A stretch of DNA of 64,000 nucleotides from Methanoregula sp. Its GTDB lineage: Archaea; Halobacteriota; Methanomicrobia; Methanomicrobiales; Methanospirillaceae. Position 1 is the stretch's first letter; each line of letters begins with the position of its first letter. The translations under genes and the position numbers were made by a program. The stretch spans positions 9,217 to 73,216 of the forward strand of contig JAJRCF010000011.1 in the NCBI GenBank assembly GCA_028679075.1. The letters run 5' to 3'. Of this stretch, positions 1 through 11,150 are shown piece after piece. Under the pieces are notes generated by a model. That model was not told the DNA's origin. It saw only the letters and a list, made by a program, of their open reading frames with translations, and did no database searches.

Positions 1-1
1 A

Positions 2-1564
2 CCCGGCATTGTACCGGCACAGGTCCCGTTTGTTTTCGGGAAACTGCTCTATGGCTCACGGTTCCACCAGATCCGGCAGACCCGGGGGCAGCAGGGGATC
101 GGGATCTCCGCCGCAGTGCTGTATGCCCAGCTCACGAGCGGCCTGCCAACCATTGTCATCTCACGGACCGGCGCAAAAGAACCGGCGCACCGGTTCGAGA
201 TCCAGATCAGGATCGAGACCAACGAGCCTGACATCATCGCGCAGGAGCCGTTTGAATGGGACCGGATCCACGGGACCCGGGTGCAGATTGAGTTCAAGAG
301 CACGATGGCAGCAAAGAAGAAGCTGCTTGAATATCTCCGGTACACTTCTGTCGTCAACCCCCATGCCCGGTTCCGGGTGGAACTCGACGATGAGGCATTC
401 ACCTTCGAGCGCGTCAGCCAGGAAGTGATTGTCTGCCCGGTTGCAATCCAGCCCCACCCGCACGGGATCGAACTGGGGCAGTTCAAGCGCATGGCGGCAG
501 CAAGCGACCAGAAGCTGATCGATTTCCTTGTCGAAGGGTTCAGCCGGGTCGGGAAGAAGATTGCGCAGGACATGTGCGATCGGGCCGGGCTGAAGAGCAC
601 ATTAAAAGCAAAGGGACTTTCGGCCGACCAGCAAAAAGTCCTGCTTGCCGCGATGCAGGAGATCGCGGTCCCCGCACCCCCAACCTCTCAGTGCCTTTCT
701 CCGATAGGAGAAGAACTGATCCGGCGCGGGCTTGATAAGGAGTTCCAGATGGACTTTGTTGCTGCCCGCACCCGGGCGACTTCCGTCTTCTCCGGCCACC
801 CATTCATGGTCGAGGCAGCAATCGGGTACGGGGGGAAGCTGACTGCGGAAGGGAGCGCAGTCATTCTCCGGTTTGCCAACCGCGTCCCGCTGATGTACCA
901 GCAGGGTGCCTGTGCCATTACGGAGTGCGTGACGAACGTGAACTGGAAGTCGTACAACCTCTCGCAGCAGGGGCTTCCGATGGGGCCGGTGCTTATCCTC
1001 GTCCACGTTGCCTCGACAAACGTGCCCTTCACGAGCGAAAGCAAGGATGCGATCGCGAGCATCCCGGAGATCGAGAAGGAGATAGTCCTTGCCCTGCAGG
1101 ACCTTGGCCGCGAGCTCAAGAATTTCGTCTCGCGCCGGGACAAGAACAAACTTGCCGAAGACCGGGCGCGGGCCGTCTGCGCGATCATCCCGGAGATTGC
1201 GGTGAAAGTGAGCGAGATCGTGGAAAAACCGCTGGTCGATACCTCCCCCATCGAAGGCAAGCTGATGCGGAAACTGATCGCCAAGAAATGGACCCGGGAG
1301 GGGAAGGTCACGATCGAGCTCGCCAATTACAGTGGGTACGAGGGGGAGATCTCCGTCTACGATATCTCTGCCGATAATGCATCGGACGCAGTGCCCATGG
1401 TGGCATTCGTGAGCGAGATGGACGGGCAGTTCACCAAGGTCTGGAAGATGGTCATCCCTCCAAAGACGGTCTGGCATGCAGAATATTCCGGCAAGGGCGG
1501 GGGCATCCTTGAGGTCCGGGGGATAGACGACAACAAGAAGATGGTGGTGGATCTCGATGTCTAA
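2..1564 (+). CDS. top6B: DNA topoisomerase VI subunit B (5' end lies outside the window)
   Basis: Frame is open from base 2 ([38 protein letters not shown], a GHKL ATP-binding motif). H2TH and transducer regions follow ([15 protein letters not shown]). Overlaps the top6A start. Confidence 0.97.
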   Translation, partial: PGIVPAQVPFVFGKLLYGSRFHQIRQTRGQQGIGISAAVLYAQLTSGLPTIVISRTGAKEPAHRFEIQIRIETNEPDIIAQEPFEWDRIHGTRVQIEFKSTMAAKKKLLEYLRYTSVVNPHARFRVELDDEAFTFERVSQEVIVCPVAIQPHPHGIELGQFKRMAAASDQKLIDFLVEGFSRVGKKIAQDMCDRAGLKSTLKAKGLSADQQKVLLAAMQEIAVPAPPTSQCLSPIGEELIRRGLDKEFQMDFVAARTRATSVFSGHPFMVEAAIGYGGKLTAEGSAVILRFANRVPLMYQQGACAITECVTNVNWKSYNLSQQGLPMGPVLILVHVASTNVPFTSESKDAIASIPEIEKEIVLALQDLGRELKNFVSRRDKNKLAEDRARAVCAIIPEIAVKVSEIVEKPLVDTSPIEGKLMRKLIAKKWTREGKVTIELANYSGYEGEISVYDISADNASDAVPMVAFVSEMDGQFTKVWKMVIPPKTVWHAEYSGKGGGILEVRGIDDNKKMVVDLDV

Positions 1565-2645
1565 AGAGGAACTTGAGAAGAAGGCGATGATCTCGCTCCT
1601 CAACATTGCGAGCGCGTGGTACGACCAGATGAAGTCCGGCGAAATCCCCTCCATATCCCTGCCTTCAAGGACGAAATTCAATCTCGCGTTCGATGATGCG
1701 AGCGAGGTCTGGAAATACGGGGACAAGGAGAGCATGCGAAATGCAGCTTCTGCCAAGAGCGCAACCCACCTCCTGAAGATGGCATATGTGATCGGGTTCA
1801 TCAAGCAGCAGCTCATCGAGAACCGCTCGTCAACGCTGAGAGAGATGTATTACATCTCGGAGGGCTGGAAGCGCGCAAAGTTTGGTGCGCAGGACGAGAG
1901 CAACTACCTTATCGAGGACCTTGAGATCCTGTCCGATGTCCCCCGCGAGGGATTCCACCTCCATCCCGAGGAGAACGGGGCATCGATCTACGGCCCGATG
2001 CGTATCCGGGAAGAGACGCGGCGCGGGATGAAGACCCTCCATTGCCAGGATGATGTCGGCCAGGCCGGTTATACCATTCCCAACAATGTGGAAAATATCG
2101 AATTCGTTGATCACGATGCAAAATTTGTGATTGCCATCGAGACAGGTGGTATGTACGACCGTCTCATCGAAAACGGGTTTGACGAAGAGCACAACGCGAT
2201 CCTCGTCCACCTTAAAGGCCAGCCGGCGCGCTCTACGAGAAGGATGCTCAACCGGATGAGCCAGACCTGGGACCTGCCGATTCTTGTCTTCACGGATGGC
2301 GATCCGTGGTCATACCGTATCTACGGTTCGGTTGCTTATGGCGCGATCAAGAGCGCCCACATGTCGGAGATGCTCGCTACCCCCAAGGCCCAGTTCCTCG
2401 GCCTGCGCCCGAGCGATATCCGGGACTATAATCTGCCCTCGGACAAACTGAGCGAGAAGGATGTTGAGGCGTTACGATCTGAACTGACCGATCCCCGGTT
2501 TGCTACTGATTACTGGAGAAAAGAGATCAACCTGCAGCTTGAACTCGGACTCAAGTCAGAACAACAGGCGTTTGCTGCACGCGGGTTGGATTTCGTGACG
2601 AAGAAGTATTTGCCGGCGCGGTTGAGCGATATGGGGATTATCTGA
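1557..2645 (+). CDS. top6A: DNA topoisomerase VI subunit A (Spo11-like)
   Basis: STLREMYY catalytic Tyr motif; TOPRIM motifs IAIETGGM and VFTDGDPW; directly follows top6B. Confidence 0.97.
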   Translation: MSKEELEKKAMISLLNIASAWYDQMKSGEIPSISLPSRTKFNLAFDDASEVWKYGDKESMRNAASAKSATHLLKMAYVIGFIKQQLIENRSSTLREMYYISEGWKRAKFGAQDESNYLIEDLEILSDVPREGFHLHPEENGASIYGPMRIREETRRGMKTLHCQDDVGQAGYTIPNNVENIEFVDHDAKFVIAIETGGMYDRLIENGFDEEHNAILVHLKGQPARSTRRMLNRMSQTWDLPILVFTDGDPWSYRIYGSVAYGAIKSAHMSEMLATPKAQFLGLRPSDIRDYNLPSDKLSEKDVEALRSELTDPRFATDYWRKEINLQLELGLKSEQQAFAARGLDFVTKKYLPARLSDMGII

Positions 2646-2653
2646 TCACTGTT

Positions 2654-4054
2654 ATGACGATCGCTGTCTGTTACCCGGATAAATATTCCGTTGAGGAGGC
2701 CTTCCAGCTCCTCAAAATACCTTGGGTATGGTATGAGGAGGGCTGCCACTATGACGTGGTTATTGCCCGGAAGGCGGATGTACCCGGATATGACGGACCA
2801 TTGATCGATCTTACGGATAATGATTTTTTTGAACGTATCAGTACCCTGCTTAATACTGGCCAACCGCATCTCCATGAGCCAGTATGTGATCTCCTGCTCG
2901 ACGCGGTCCGGCAGGAACTCAAAAAATATACGATCCTTGTGGAGATCCCTCCCGCGCCCTGGGGACATTCCTATATGGTGGCCCTTACTCACGATGTGGA
3001 TGTAACCTCGGTCAGGGAATGCCGTCTTGTCACCGTGGGATATGCAGTATTCCAGTGCATCATGCACGGCTCGGTTTTTGCGGGACTTCGGCTTGGCCTT
3101 TCACGCATTGGGATCGGAAACGATTCCTGGGACCTCTTTGAACGCTGGAAAACATTTGAGGATCAACTGGGTGTTCGATCGACGTTCTTTTTTGTTCCCA
3201 AAAAAGATGATCCCGGTGTCCGGGCACACCCGTACCGGGCTGTTTGTTATGATCTTAACATCGATGTACTTCATGATCTGACGACGGGGGGATGGGAAAC
3301 CGGCGTTCATGGTATCGATAACTGGACTGATTCTCAACGAGGAAAACTGGAGATGGCCTCCATCAGTCCCTGTGGTGAGGCATCCGGTAACCGAACACAC
3401 TGGCTTCTCTTTGACCAGAACAGCTGGAAGGTACTGGACGATGCGGGCTACTCTTACGATACCACATTCGGTTATAATGATGATGCCGGTTTTCGTGCGG
3501 GGATTCTTCAGGTATACCGGCCACGTACTGCGCAGAGATTACTGGAACTCCCGCTTCATATCCAGGATCTCGGTCTCTTTGGAAAATTCTGCTGGGCCCC
3601 CTCGGAAAATGGGTGGGAGAAGACGCCCTGCCTGCATCTTGATGTCATAGCGGCACGAACGTACTGTGATCGCATCTTGGATTTTGCAGAGAAATACGGT
3701 GGAGTAGTTACGTTACTCTGGCATTACGAGAACCTGACCCCGCCCCGCGACTGGTCTGGGACGTATGCTGAGCTGGTGAAGCGTGCTCAGGCCGATGGTG
3801 CATGGGTGACAACGGCGGGATCGGTAGTGGAGTGGTTTGAAATACGGAGAAAAACGGGTATTGGTTATGAAATAAATAAAGGACTCATTACAATCAGGAT
3901 CAATAATCCGCATTCCGGCCATAATCACCCAATGCGCGTGCGGATTCATATCGATCCAGCCTTGGTATCCTCGGTAGATACTGAGCACAGGCCCGGGAAC
4001 GGATACATCGATATTGTCTGTACCCGGCCGGAAATAACGGTGGCACTTACATGA
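2654..4054 (+). CDS. Polysaccharide deacetylase family protein (NodB-like)
   Basis: VALTHDVD, STFFF, WETGVHG and LELPLHIQD motifs; LLWH near the C-terminus. Confidence 0.8.
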   Translation: MTIAVCYPDKYSVEEAFQLLKIPWVWYEEGCHYDVVIARKADVPGYDGPLIDLTDNDFFERISTLLNTGQPHLHEPVCDLLLDAVRQELKKYTILVEIPPAPWGHSYMVALTHDVDVTSVRECRLVTVGYAVFQCIMHGSVFAGLRLGLSRIGIGNDSWDLFERWKTFEDQLGVRSTFFFVPKKDDPGVRAHPYRAVCYDLNIDVLHDLTTGGWETGVHGIDNWTDSQRGKLEMASISPCGEASGNRTHWLLFDQNSWKVLDDAGYSYDTTFGYNDDAGFRAGILQVYRPRTAQRLLELPLHIQDLGLFGKFCWAPSENGWEKTPCLHLDVIAARTYCDRILDFAEKYGGVVTLLWHYENLTPPRDWSGTYAELVKRAQADGAWVTTAGSVVEWFEIRRKTGIGYEINKGLITIRINNPHSGHNHPMRVRIHIDPALVSSVDTEHRPGNGYIDIVCTRPEITVALT

Positions 4055-5202
4055 ATGTCCTCCTGACTGACGGGAATTTCAAACATACTCTGGCAGCGGT
4101 ACGCTCTCTTGGAAAACGAGGCATTGAGGTAACCGTTCTTTCGCATCTTTCTGTCAGTATCTCTTTTTTTTCAAAATATTGCCGCCACCCTGTGATTGCG
4201 CCGGATCCTGAAAAGGACCCCCGGTTTGCAGCATTTCTGCTCGATTATGTTAAAAAAAATCACGTGGATGTTGTGTTGCCAGTCAGTTTTGCGGCGGTGA
4301 TGCAGGTTTCCCGGATTCGCCACGAACTGGAAAAATATACAAAAATTCCCTTGGCGGATGAAGCAGCGCTGGATATTGCCGGGAGTAAGGACCGCACTAT
4401 TCAATATGCAGAAACGATAGGGATCTGCGTCCCGAAAACCTGGTACCCCCGCACGGAAGCCGAAGTCGGGGTAATTGCGCACGAGGTTTCGTATCCTGCT
4501 GTGATCAAGGGATCGGAAGAATCGGGATTTGTCAGGTACGCAAACGCCCCGGACGAATTATCGGAAAAATACCGGTTAATCGCCAGACACTCTCCGGTAA
4601 TACAGGAGTATATTACGGGAGAAGGGTACGGTTTTTTCGCTCTTTATAACCATGGTACTGCCCGGGCGATCTTCATGCACAAACGGATCCGCGAATATCC
4701 GGTTACGGGCGGACCAAGTGCCGTTGCAGTAAGTGTCAATGATCCGGCATTACGCGAGGTGGGATTACGTATCCTTGATAGTCTGCACTGGCATGGTGTT
4801 GCAATGGTGGAGTTTAAAAAAGATGAGAACACCGGCGCATTTGTTCTCATGGAGATCAATCCAAAATTTTGGGGTTCTCTTGGACTCTCCATTGCAGCCG
4901 GTGTGGATTTCCCGTACCTTGCCAGCAGGATGGCAATGGATGGTGATATCGAGCCGGTATTCCACTATGAGTCCGGTGTAAAATACCGCTGGCTTTTCCC
5001 GGCAGATCTCTTTAATGTGATGACAAATCCCCGTTCGATCCAGACGTTTATCAGCGATTTCGGGGATAAATCCATACAGTACGATATAGATTTGCACGAT
5101 CCCGTTCCTGCGTTTATGCAGATGGGCATGACCTTTGCGGAGCTTATACTCCGGGTAAAACAGAACCGGTTCTGGAGGCCTCATGGACGACCTCATTGCT
5201 GA
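4051..5202 (+). CDS. ATP-grasp carboxylate-amine ligase (glycan-cluster type)
   Basis: YPAVIK, IQEYITG, VAMVEFK and LMEINPKFWGS ATP-grasp motifs; ATGA overlap with the upstream gene. Confidence 0.85.
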   Translation: MNVLLTDGNFKHTLAAVRSLGKRGIEVTVLSHLSVSISFFSKYCRHPVIAPDPEKDPRFAAFLLDYVKKNHVDVVLPVSFAAVMQVSRIRHELEKYTKIPLADEAALDIAGSKDRTIQYAETIGICVPKTWYPRTEAEVGVIAHEVSYPAVIKGSEESGFVRYANAPDELSEKYRLIARHSPVIQEYITGEGYGFFALYNHGTARAIFMHKRIREYPVTGGPSAVAVSVNDPALREVGLRILDSLHWHGVAMVEFKKDENTGAFVLMEINPKFWGSLGLSIAAGVDFPYLASRMAMDGDIEPVFHYESGVKYRWLFPADLFNVMTNPRSIQTFISDFGDKSIQYDIDLHDPVPAFMQMGMTFAELILRVKQNRFWRPHGRPHC

Positions 5203-5857
5203 TTTCCATATTCATTCAAAATACTCCCACGATTCGATAATGTCACCGGAGAGTATTGTAAAACAGGCCAAAAAGGCCGGGCTGACCTGCATTGCGATAA
5301 CGGATCACGGGACGATTCGCGGGGGTCTGGAGGGAAAAACAGTTGCCCGTACTTATGGCATTAGCGTTATTGTCGGTACAGAGATTTCGACAGATTGCGG
5401 GGATATTATCGGACTTAATCTCCATGAGGAGATTGGAGTTACCCGATGGCAGGATGTCATCAAGGAAATACGGTCGCAAGGGGGTAAAGTTGTGTTGCCG
5501 CACCCATATCGCGATCATTGCTCTATCGAAGAGATTGCAGAATGTGTTGATTTTATCGAAATATGGAACGGCCGGTCGACCCTTCAACAAAATACGGCTG
5601 CACAGGATCTGGCAAACCGCTTCTTAAAACCGGTAATGTATGGAAGTGATGCCCATGTCATTTCAGAAATTGGATCCGTTAAAACCCGTATCGATCCAGA
5701 ATCCTTCCAGTTCAGGGAGATAATCACAGAACGTTTCTCCACGGCTTCTGAAATTTATTGCAGCCAGATCATCAGCCTTATGAAACAACGAAAATGGGGA
5801 ACATTGGTCTCTCAGGGAACCAGATATATTTGTAGAAAAGTATGGCCATTTCCATAA
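5183..5857 (+). CDS. PHP-domain metal-dependent phosphoesterase
   Basis: DFHIHSKYSHD, IAITDH, PHPYR and GSDAH PHP motifs. Confidence 0.88.
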   Translation: MDDLIADFHIHSKYSHDSIMSPESIVKQAKKAGLTCIAITDHGTIRGGLEGKTVARTYGISVIVGTEISTDCGDIIGLNLHEEIGVTRWQDVIKEIRSQGGKVVLPHPYRDHCSIEEIAECVDFIEIWNGRSTLQQNTAAQDLANRFLKPVMYGSDAHVISEIGSVKTRIDPESFQFREIITERFSTASEIYCSQIISLMKQRKWGTLVSQGTRYICRKVWPFP

Positions 5858-5891
5858 CGGGCAAGAATGTTTTTTACCGGGGCAGTTTATC

Positions 5892-6830
5892 TTACGTCTT
5901 GATTCGTGCCCATTCTGCGGTGAGCATATCGTTTAAAGTATTTTTAAGAGAGATCTCCGGTTTCCAGCCAGTGATGTTGTAAATCCGGGATATATCACTC
6001 TGCTGCGAGGGGATAGTGATCTGTTGTGGATCTGTTGGAAGATTGACAGGATACCTCTTGCCCGTGATCGTCTCCAGTGTTGCGATCACTTCAGAGATCG
6101 GGCATGATCTTCCCGAACCGATATTGAATGTTTTTCCGGTACAGTCTTCCTTAAACCGGGGATGGGTCATAAGTGCCCGGTATGCCTTTGCGACATCCCT
6201 GACATCAATAAAATCGCGGGATGATTGTGTCTCCAGGAGATCAAGTGAATCGCGTTTTCCTTCTTCGAATTCCACGACCTGCCGGATAATTTTTCCACAC
6301 AAAAATGTATCCGCCTGGCCGGGACCCGTGAGATTGAACGGGCGGGCAATCGTCAGGTTGATGCCCCGCTCATGGTAATGCATCAGGGCAAGGAGATCCT
6401 GTGCAGCTTTTGCAGCACCATATTCGGTCAATGGCTGGAAGGGGTATTCCTCGGTTATGGGTGATGAACCCTGGTATCCGTATACAGCAGACGAACTTGT
6501 TATGAGAACCCGGCAGTCAGGATTTGTACTGGATATAGCCTCAAGCAGGTGTTGCGTACCACAGACATTGGTCATGAATAAATCCGCGGCTGAACCGCGG
6601 TTCAGACCGGCAAGGTGGATGATCGCATCCGGTTTAACCGTGGATATCAGTTTGAAGATATGATCGCGGTTGAGGAGATCAGCTTCCTTCCATGTCGTAC
6701 CAGAATCAGAGTCTGGGCGGGATGTTTTTTTTCGTGTGATACCTATGATCTGGATTTCCTTATCTGGAGCAAGAAGCCGGATAAGGGCTGTTCCGGTAAA
6801 ACCGGATGCCCCGGTAACCAGAAGTCTCAT
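5892..6830 (-). CDS. NDP-4-keto-6-deoxyhexose reductase / GDP-mannose dehydratase-like extended SDR (Rmd-like)
   Basis: TGASGFTG, SSSAVYG, YGAAK (YxxxK), ARPFNLTGPGQ and RDFIDVRDV. Confidence 0.75.
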   Translation of the reverse strand: MRLLVTGASGFTGTALIRLLAPDKEIQIIGITRKKTSRPDSDSGTTWKEADLLNRDHIFKLISTVKPDAIIHLAGLNRGSAADLFMTNVCGTQHLLEAISSTNPDCRVLITSSSAVYGYQGSSPITEEYPFQPLTEYGAAKAAQDLLALMHYHERGINLTIARPFNLTGPGQADTFLCGKIIRQVVEFEEGKRDSLDLLETQSSRDFIDVRDVAKAYRALMTHPRFKEDCTGKTFNIGSGRSCPISEVIATLETITGKRYPVNLPTDPQQITIPSQQSDISRIYNITGWKPEISLKNTLNDMLTAEWARIKT

Positions 6831-7531
6831 GGAAGGAAACGATCTTTATACCGCTCAAATTCCTCGATAGAACGGGCATAGTCATCAGGCCTTCCGATAT
6901 CCAGCCAGTAACCGGTATGGGGGTAACTGTACACCGCCTCGTTCTTGGCCGTAAGGGCATACATCAACTGGTCAAAGCCGAACGGTTCTCCTACCGGGAC
7001 ATAGTCCAGCACCTTTTTTGAGAAGACGTAGACGCCCATGCTGACATCGAAATGGAATGTGGGTTTCTCCCTGAATGCCGTGATCTTATGGGCCTCGTCC
7101 TTTTCAAGGACACCGAAGTCGATATTCACATCCCGCTGGTAGGTTGCCACAGTTGCGATGGCCTTGTTCCTGTGGTGGCTCTCAATGAGATCAAGATATT
7201 TGATATCGGTCAGGATATCCCCGTTCATGACAAGAAATGTCTCATCAAGATCATCAATGAGCCGGAGCGGGCCGATCGTTCCGAGCGGTGAATCTTCGTG
7301 TACATAGGAGATATTGAGGCCAAGCGTCTTGTTGCTGTCAAGGTATGCATGGATTAGTTCGTGCAGATACCCGGTGCTGATAGTTACCCTTTCGAATCCG
7401 CAGTGTTTGAGCTGACGGAGGATCACTTCCAGAATAGGGTAATCTCCGATAGGCATGAGGGGTTTGGGAAGCACTGTGGTATATGGCATCAGTCGCCGGC
7501 CTTTTTCCCCAGCCAGAATGATCGCTTGCAT
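6827..7531 (-). CDS. Sugar-1-phosphate nucleotidyltransferase (guanylyltransferase-like)
   Basis: ILAGEKGRRLMPYT-x-VLPKPL, FLVMNGD and YWLDIGRPDDY. Confidence 0.88.
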   Translation of the reverse strand: MQAIILAGEKGRRLMPYTTVLPKPLMPIGDYPILEVILRQLKHCGFERVTISTGYLHELIHAYLDSNKTLGLNISYVHEDSPLGTIGPLRLIDDLDETFLVMNGDILTDIKYLDLIESHHRNKAIATVATYQRDVNIDFGVLEKDEAHKITAFREKPTFHFDVSMGVYVFSKKVLDYVPVGEPFGFDQLMYALTAKNEAVYSYPHTGYWLDIGRPDDYARSIEEFERYKDRFLP

Positions 7532-7540
7532 GAATTCCTC

Positions 7541-8530
7541 CTAAACTGTATATACTCCGGTTTTATACGAAGCAATGTGATCCTTCATCCATCCGATGGT
7601 CAGGTCAAGTCCGTCTTCAAGTGTAAATGACGGTTGCCAGTCCGCCAGCTCTTTTGCTGACCGGTTATCGCACAACAGTTGCATAACTTCGCTCTTCTCC
7701 GGGCGGATACGCTTCTGCTCGCACACGATTTTTGCCTTGGGGTTGACTTTTTTGACGATAATATCTGCGAGTTCCCCGATTGTCACACCGCGCCCTGAGC
7801 CTGTATTGATCGTCTTGCCCACGGTTTTCCTGCTCTCCGCGAATTTTATGAATCCGGAGACCGTGTCCGCAACATACGTGAGATCACGGACCGGTGTAAG
7901 TGAGCCGAGTTTGATCGTGTTGGCGGTGAGTGCCTGGGTGATGATCGTGGGGATCACTGCGCGTGTCGATTGGCGGGGGCCAAAAGTATTGAACGGGCGG
8001 ATTGTTGTGACTGGCAGGCCAAACGAGCAAAAAAAGGATTCGGCAATCTTATCGCCACCAATCTTGCTCGCGGAGTACGGGGACTGTCCCTGGAGCGGGT
8101 GTTTCTCATCAATGGGTGTGTATTGTGCCGTCCCGTATACTTCGCTTGTTGATGTATGGACAACGCGGGTGACATCTTCGTCAATACATGCCTGCATCAT
8201 GTTCAGGGTGCCTTTGATATTGGTATTCACGTAGGATTCCGGGGCAATATAAGAATACGGGATGCCGATGAGTGCCGCAAGGTGAAAGACATATTCTTTA
8301 TTGGCCACCGCCTTTCTTACAAACAGGGCATCCGTGACATCCCCGGCGATGACTTTCAGATTGGGTGTTGCATCCGTGTAACGTCCTTCAAGCATACCCC
8401 AGTCGTTCCGGGCATTGTAATGTACAAATGCGGTGACGTCTGCTCCCCGATGCAGTAACTCGTCAACAAGGTGACTGCCAATAAAACCCCCGGCACCAGT
8501 CACCAGTACCTGCCTGTCCTGCCATTTCAT
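7541..8530 (-). CDS. NDP-sugar 4,6-dehydratase, LegB-like
   Basis: TGAGGFIGSHL, ALIGIPYSY, STSEVYGTAQY and QGQSPYSASK, typical of the LegB subfamily. Confidence 0.8.
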   Translation of the reverse strand: MKWQDRQVLVTGAGGFIGSHLVDELLHRGADVTAFVHYNARNDWGMLEGRYTDATPNLKVIAGDVTDALFVRKAVANKEYVFHLAALIGIPYSYIAPESYVNTNIKGTLNMMQACIDEDVTRVVHTSTSEVYGTAQYTPIDEKHPLQGQSPYSASKIGGDKIAESFFCSFGLPVTTIRPFNTFGPRQSTRAVIPTIITQALTANTIKLGSLTPVRDLTYVADTVSGFIKFAESRKTVGKTINTGSGRGVTIGELADIIVKKVNPKAKIVCEQKRIRPEKSEVMQLLCDNRSAKELADWQPSFTLEDGLDLTIGWMKDHIASYKTGVYTV

Positions 8531-9618
8531 GGTGAGTCCTGTCTATATGTTTTTATGAGTTCCTGATAATCTTTCTCTGCCCGTTCCATGAGTGTTTTCC
8601 ATTGCCCATTGTTAATAACAACGTCTCTTGCTGCGATTCCCATCTGTTTCCGTAATTCCGGATCACGGGCAAGTTTGAGGAGAGCAGATGCAACTTCTTC
8701 CGGAGATCCAGGTTTGATTAAGAGTCCTGTATTGTTGTTTACCCATTCCGGAATTCCCCCAACCGATGTTGCAATGCAGGGGAGGCCGCTGGCCATTGCT
8801 TCGAGGACCGAGACCGGGGTCCCGTCGGAAATTGAAGTTGTAAGGAAAATGTCCGCCTCTCGGTAATCATGAGGCACGTCACAATATCCGGTTTTTTTCC
8901 TGAAGGTGATCCTGTCATTCAATCCCAGACTCGTGACAAGGCTTCGGATAGATGGTTCATCCGGACCTTCGCCCTTGATTGTCAGGTGGAGTCGCGGGTC
9001 TTCCTTGCATGCGAGTCCGAAGCCCCTGACCAGAGTAGCATTGTCATAGACCGGGAAAAAACCACGGTTTGAAAAAATCTCTATCCTGTCTTTGTCTCGG
9101 TTATTCCGCTCTTTATTCTGCACAAACAGGTTAGTGTCTATCCCAAAGGGAAGATACCTGACCTTGGATTCCGGAATGTTATAATCTTCGATAATGTGTT
9201 TCCTGATATCTTTCGAGACGGCATATATGAGATTTGAGGAACTGAGAACTTTTTTAGTGAAATACCGGATTAATCCGCTTTTTTGTGGAAGGATGAGTAT
9301 ATCATCGCCCCAAGCGGAGACAACGGTGGGCCGGAAATGAAGCCCCGGTAAGTGGAACCCGAATTTTGCAATAAACTGGGCATGGATAATATCAGGCCGG
9401 ATTGCCCGTATGATCTTTTTGATCTGCAGGTGGCGGGGGATGAATGCGAGATAGAGATTGTTCCATCGCGAGGATAATACATGTTCAGTTACTCCCGGTA
9501 GGATTCGGTTCATGGGATCATAGGTGATCAGGTGGACCGTGTGACCGGTATCTGCGAAATATTCGGCCCAGCGCTGGTTATGGGTGCTGCGGCCGTCAGC
9601 GATAAGGAGGATGATCAT
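8527..9618 (-). CDS. Glycosyltransferase family 4 (GT-B)
   Basis: DGTPVSVLEAMASGLPCIATSVGGIPE (Ex7E) motif. Confidence 0.93.
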   Translation of the reverse strand: MIILLIADGRSTHNQRWAEYFADTGHTVHLITYDPMNRILPGVTEHVLSSRWNNLYLAFIPRHLQIKKIIRAIRPDIIHAQFIAKFGFHLPGLHFRPTVVSAWGDDILILPQKSGLIRYFTKKVLSSSNLIYAVSKDIRKHIIEDYNIPESKVRYLPFGIDTNLFVQNKERNNRDKDRIEIFSNRGFFPVYDNATLVRGFGLACKEDPRLHLTIKGEGPDEPSIRSLVTSLGLNDRITFRKKTGYCDVPHDYREADIFLTTSISDGTPVSVLEAMASGLPCIATSVGGIPEWVNNNTGLLIKPGSPEEVASALLKLARDPELRKQMGIAARDVVINNGQWKTLMERAEKDYQELIKTYRQDSP

Positions 9619-9716
9619 AGGTCAATCTTGTCTATCAATAGTCATCAATCTCCATAGATCATTTCCTGTTTTTGGTATTTCATGTGTATATATATCATGT
9701 TTACATTCGCTTTTTT

Positions 9717-11150
9717 TTAGATTACCCACTTGATTTTCACTGTTTTCAAGATATCTTCCCGTATTTGTGAATTGATTATGAAGAGGACTAGCAGATACAC
9801 CACAGTTCCAAGGCCGACCAGTGTTGCAGTGGTAAGAAAGTTTTGGGTAAGGAATATGGTTGCCGGTAAAATGACAACCGTCATAATCCCTGTTGCGATA
9901 AAGATATCCTTTATTGTTTTGATTTCGATGTAAACCGGAATGATCTTATTGAGATAATATCTGCAGATGATTGTGCATATAATGGCATTTGAAAGCGATG
10001 CCGCAGCAGCTCCGGCCAATCCCCATACTGGAACAAGGATGAATAGCAAGGGAATGTTAATAGCGATCCCGATGAAAAGTCCGTAGAACTGGTGTTTCAC
10101 ATGACCTGTTGCCATTAAAAAATTTGAATAGAGCTGGAATAGAGACTGCACTACCCGGACCCCGATAATTATTACAAGCGCCGTTGCACCAACTGCAAAA
10201 GATGAACCATATACATAATACAACAAGCGTTTTCCCAGAATCGCGCCCCCGATCAGCATGGGAATGGCAAGAATGAGCGCGTATGATGTTGCCCGGGAGA
10301 GGGCGATGGTTATGGCATTCCAGTCACCCGTTGACTTCCATCGGCTGACTTTTACACTCAACGTGTTACAGAGAGCGGTACTGATAAAAAGGGCAAATGC
10401 TGAGAATGTCCAACAAATCCCGAAAATTCCTACATCCTCTATGGACATGAAATATGCAATGATGAGCGGGTTCGTATTGTCGAATAAAATCGTGCAGGTT
10501 GTTGAAAGGAATGCCCAGCTCGAAAACGAGAAGATATTCTTTACATGCGACCAGTTGAATTCTTTCAGATGGTAGTCTATATATTTTATAAAGATAACAA
10601 TCTCCGTCAGCATTCCTGCGATGAGGCCTCCGATCAACCCGTAGATCTGAAATCCCAGAAAAACAGCGATAACCTGGATAACAATACGAATAACGTTGTC
10701 TATCAGACTGACCGAGGCTGCAAGACCCAGTCGGTTGCTGGCGCTGATGGAGGTACCAAGGGAGTTAATTACTGTTGAAATTCCCAGAACGGCAATAAGA
10801 GTCCAGATCAATCCTGTTTTATCAAGATCTCCAAAATGATTGCTGAATACTCCCATTACCGCTGCTACGATAATCCAGAGTAATACCCGGATTATTAAGC
10901 CGGTTGTGAAATATTCATCCGGGTCCTTACCCTGGCATATATAATATGATGTCGCATATCCGACCCCCAAATCGATAAACAGCCCTGCAATTGCAAAAAA
11001 TGAAAGAAATAAGAAATATTGCCCCAGAATGCCCGGCCCGATCCAGTGGGCATAAAATACCGTGGCAAGGAACCCGATGAGGGTCAAACCTATGGATGAT
11101 ATAAGGTACATCGTGCCATGACGCTGGACTTCAAGTTCTTTTTCAGACAT
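9717..11150 (-). CDS. Oligosaccharide flippase (Wzx/MOP family)
   Basis: 477 aa with more than 10 hydrophobic segments; GPGILGQY, DLGVGYA and WGLAGAAAAS patterns. Confidence 0.88.
   Translation of the reverse strand: MSEKELEVQRHGTMYLISSIGLTLIGFLATVFYAHWIGPGILGQYFLFLSFFAIAGLFIDLGVGYATSYYICQGKDPDEYFTTGLIIRVLLWIIVAAVMGVFSNHFGDLDKTGLIWTLIAVLGISTVINSLGTSISASNRLGLAASVSLIDNVIRIVIQVIAVFLGFQIYGLIGGLIAGMLTEIVIFIKYIDYHLKEFNWSHVKNIFSFSSWAFLSTTCTILFDNTNPLIIAYFMSIEDVGIFGICWTFSAFALFISTALCNTLSVKVSRWKSTGDWNAITIALSRATSYALILAIPMLIGGAILGKRLLYYVYGSSFAVGATALVIIIGVRVVQSLFQLYSNFLMATGHVKHQFYGLFIGIAINIPLLFILVPVWGLAGAAAASLSNAIICTIICRYYLNKIIPVYIEIKTIKDIFIATGIMTVVILPATIFLTQNFLTTATLVGLGTVVYLLVLFIINSQIREDILKTVKIKWVI

Noticed and set aside
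602-1816. Long antisense ORF (404 aa) opposite top6B/top6A; similar shadows at 33838-34935, 55826-57049 and 62682-63746
   Set aside because: They overlap well-supported genes entirely, show no motifs, and are expected from codon bias in GC-rich genes.
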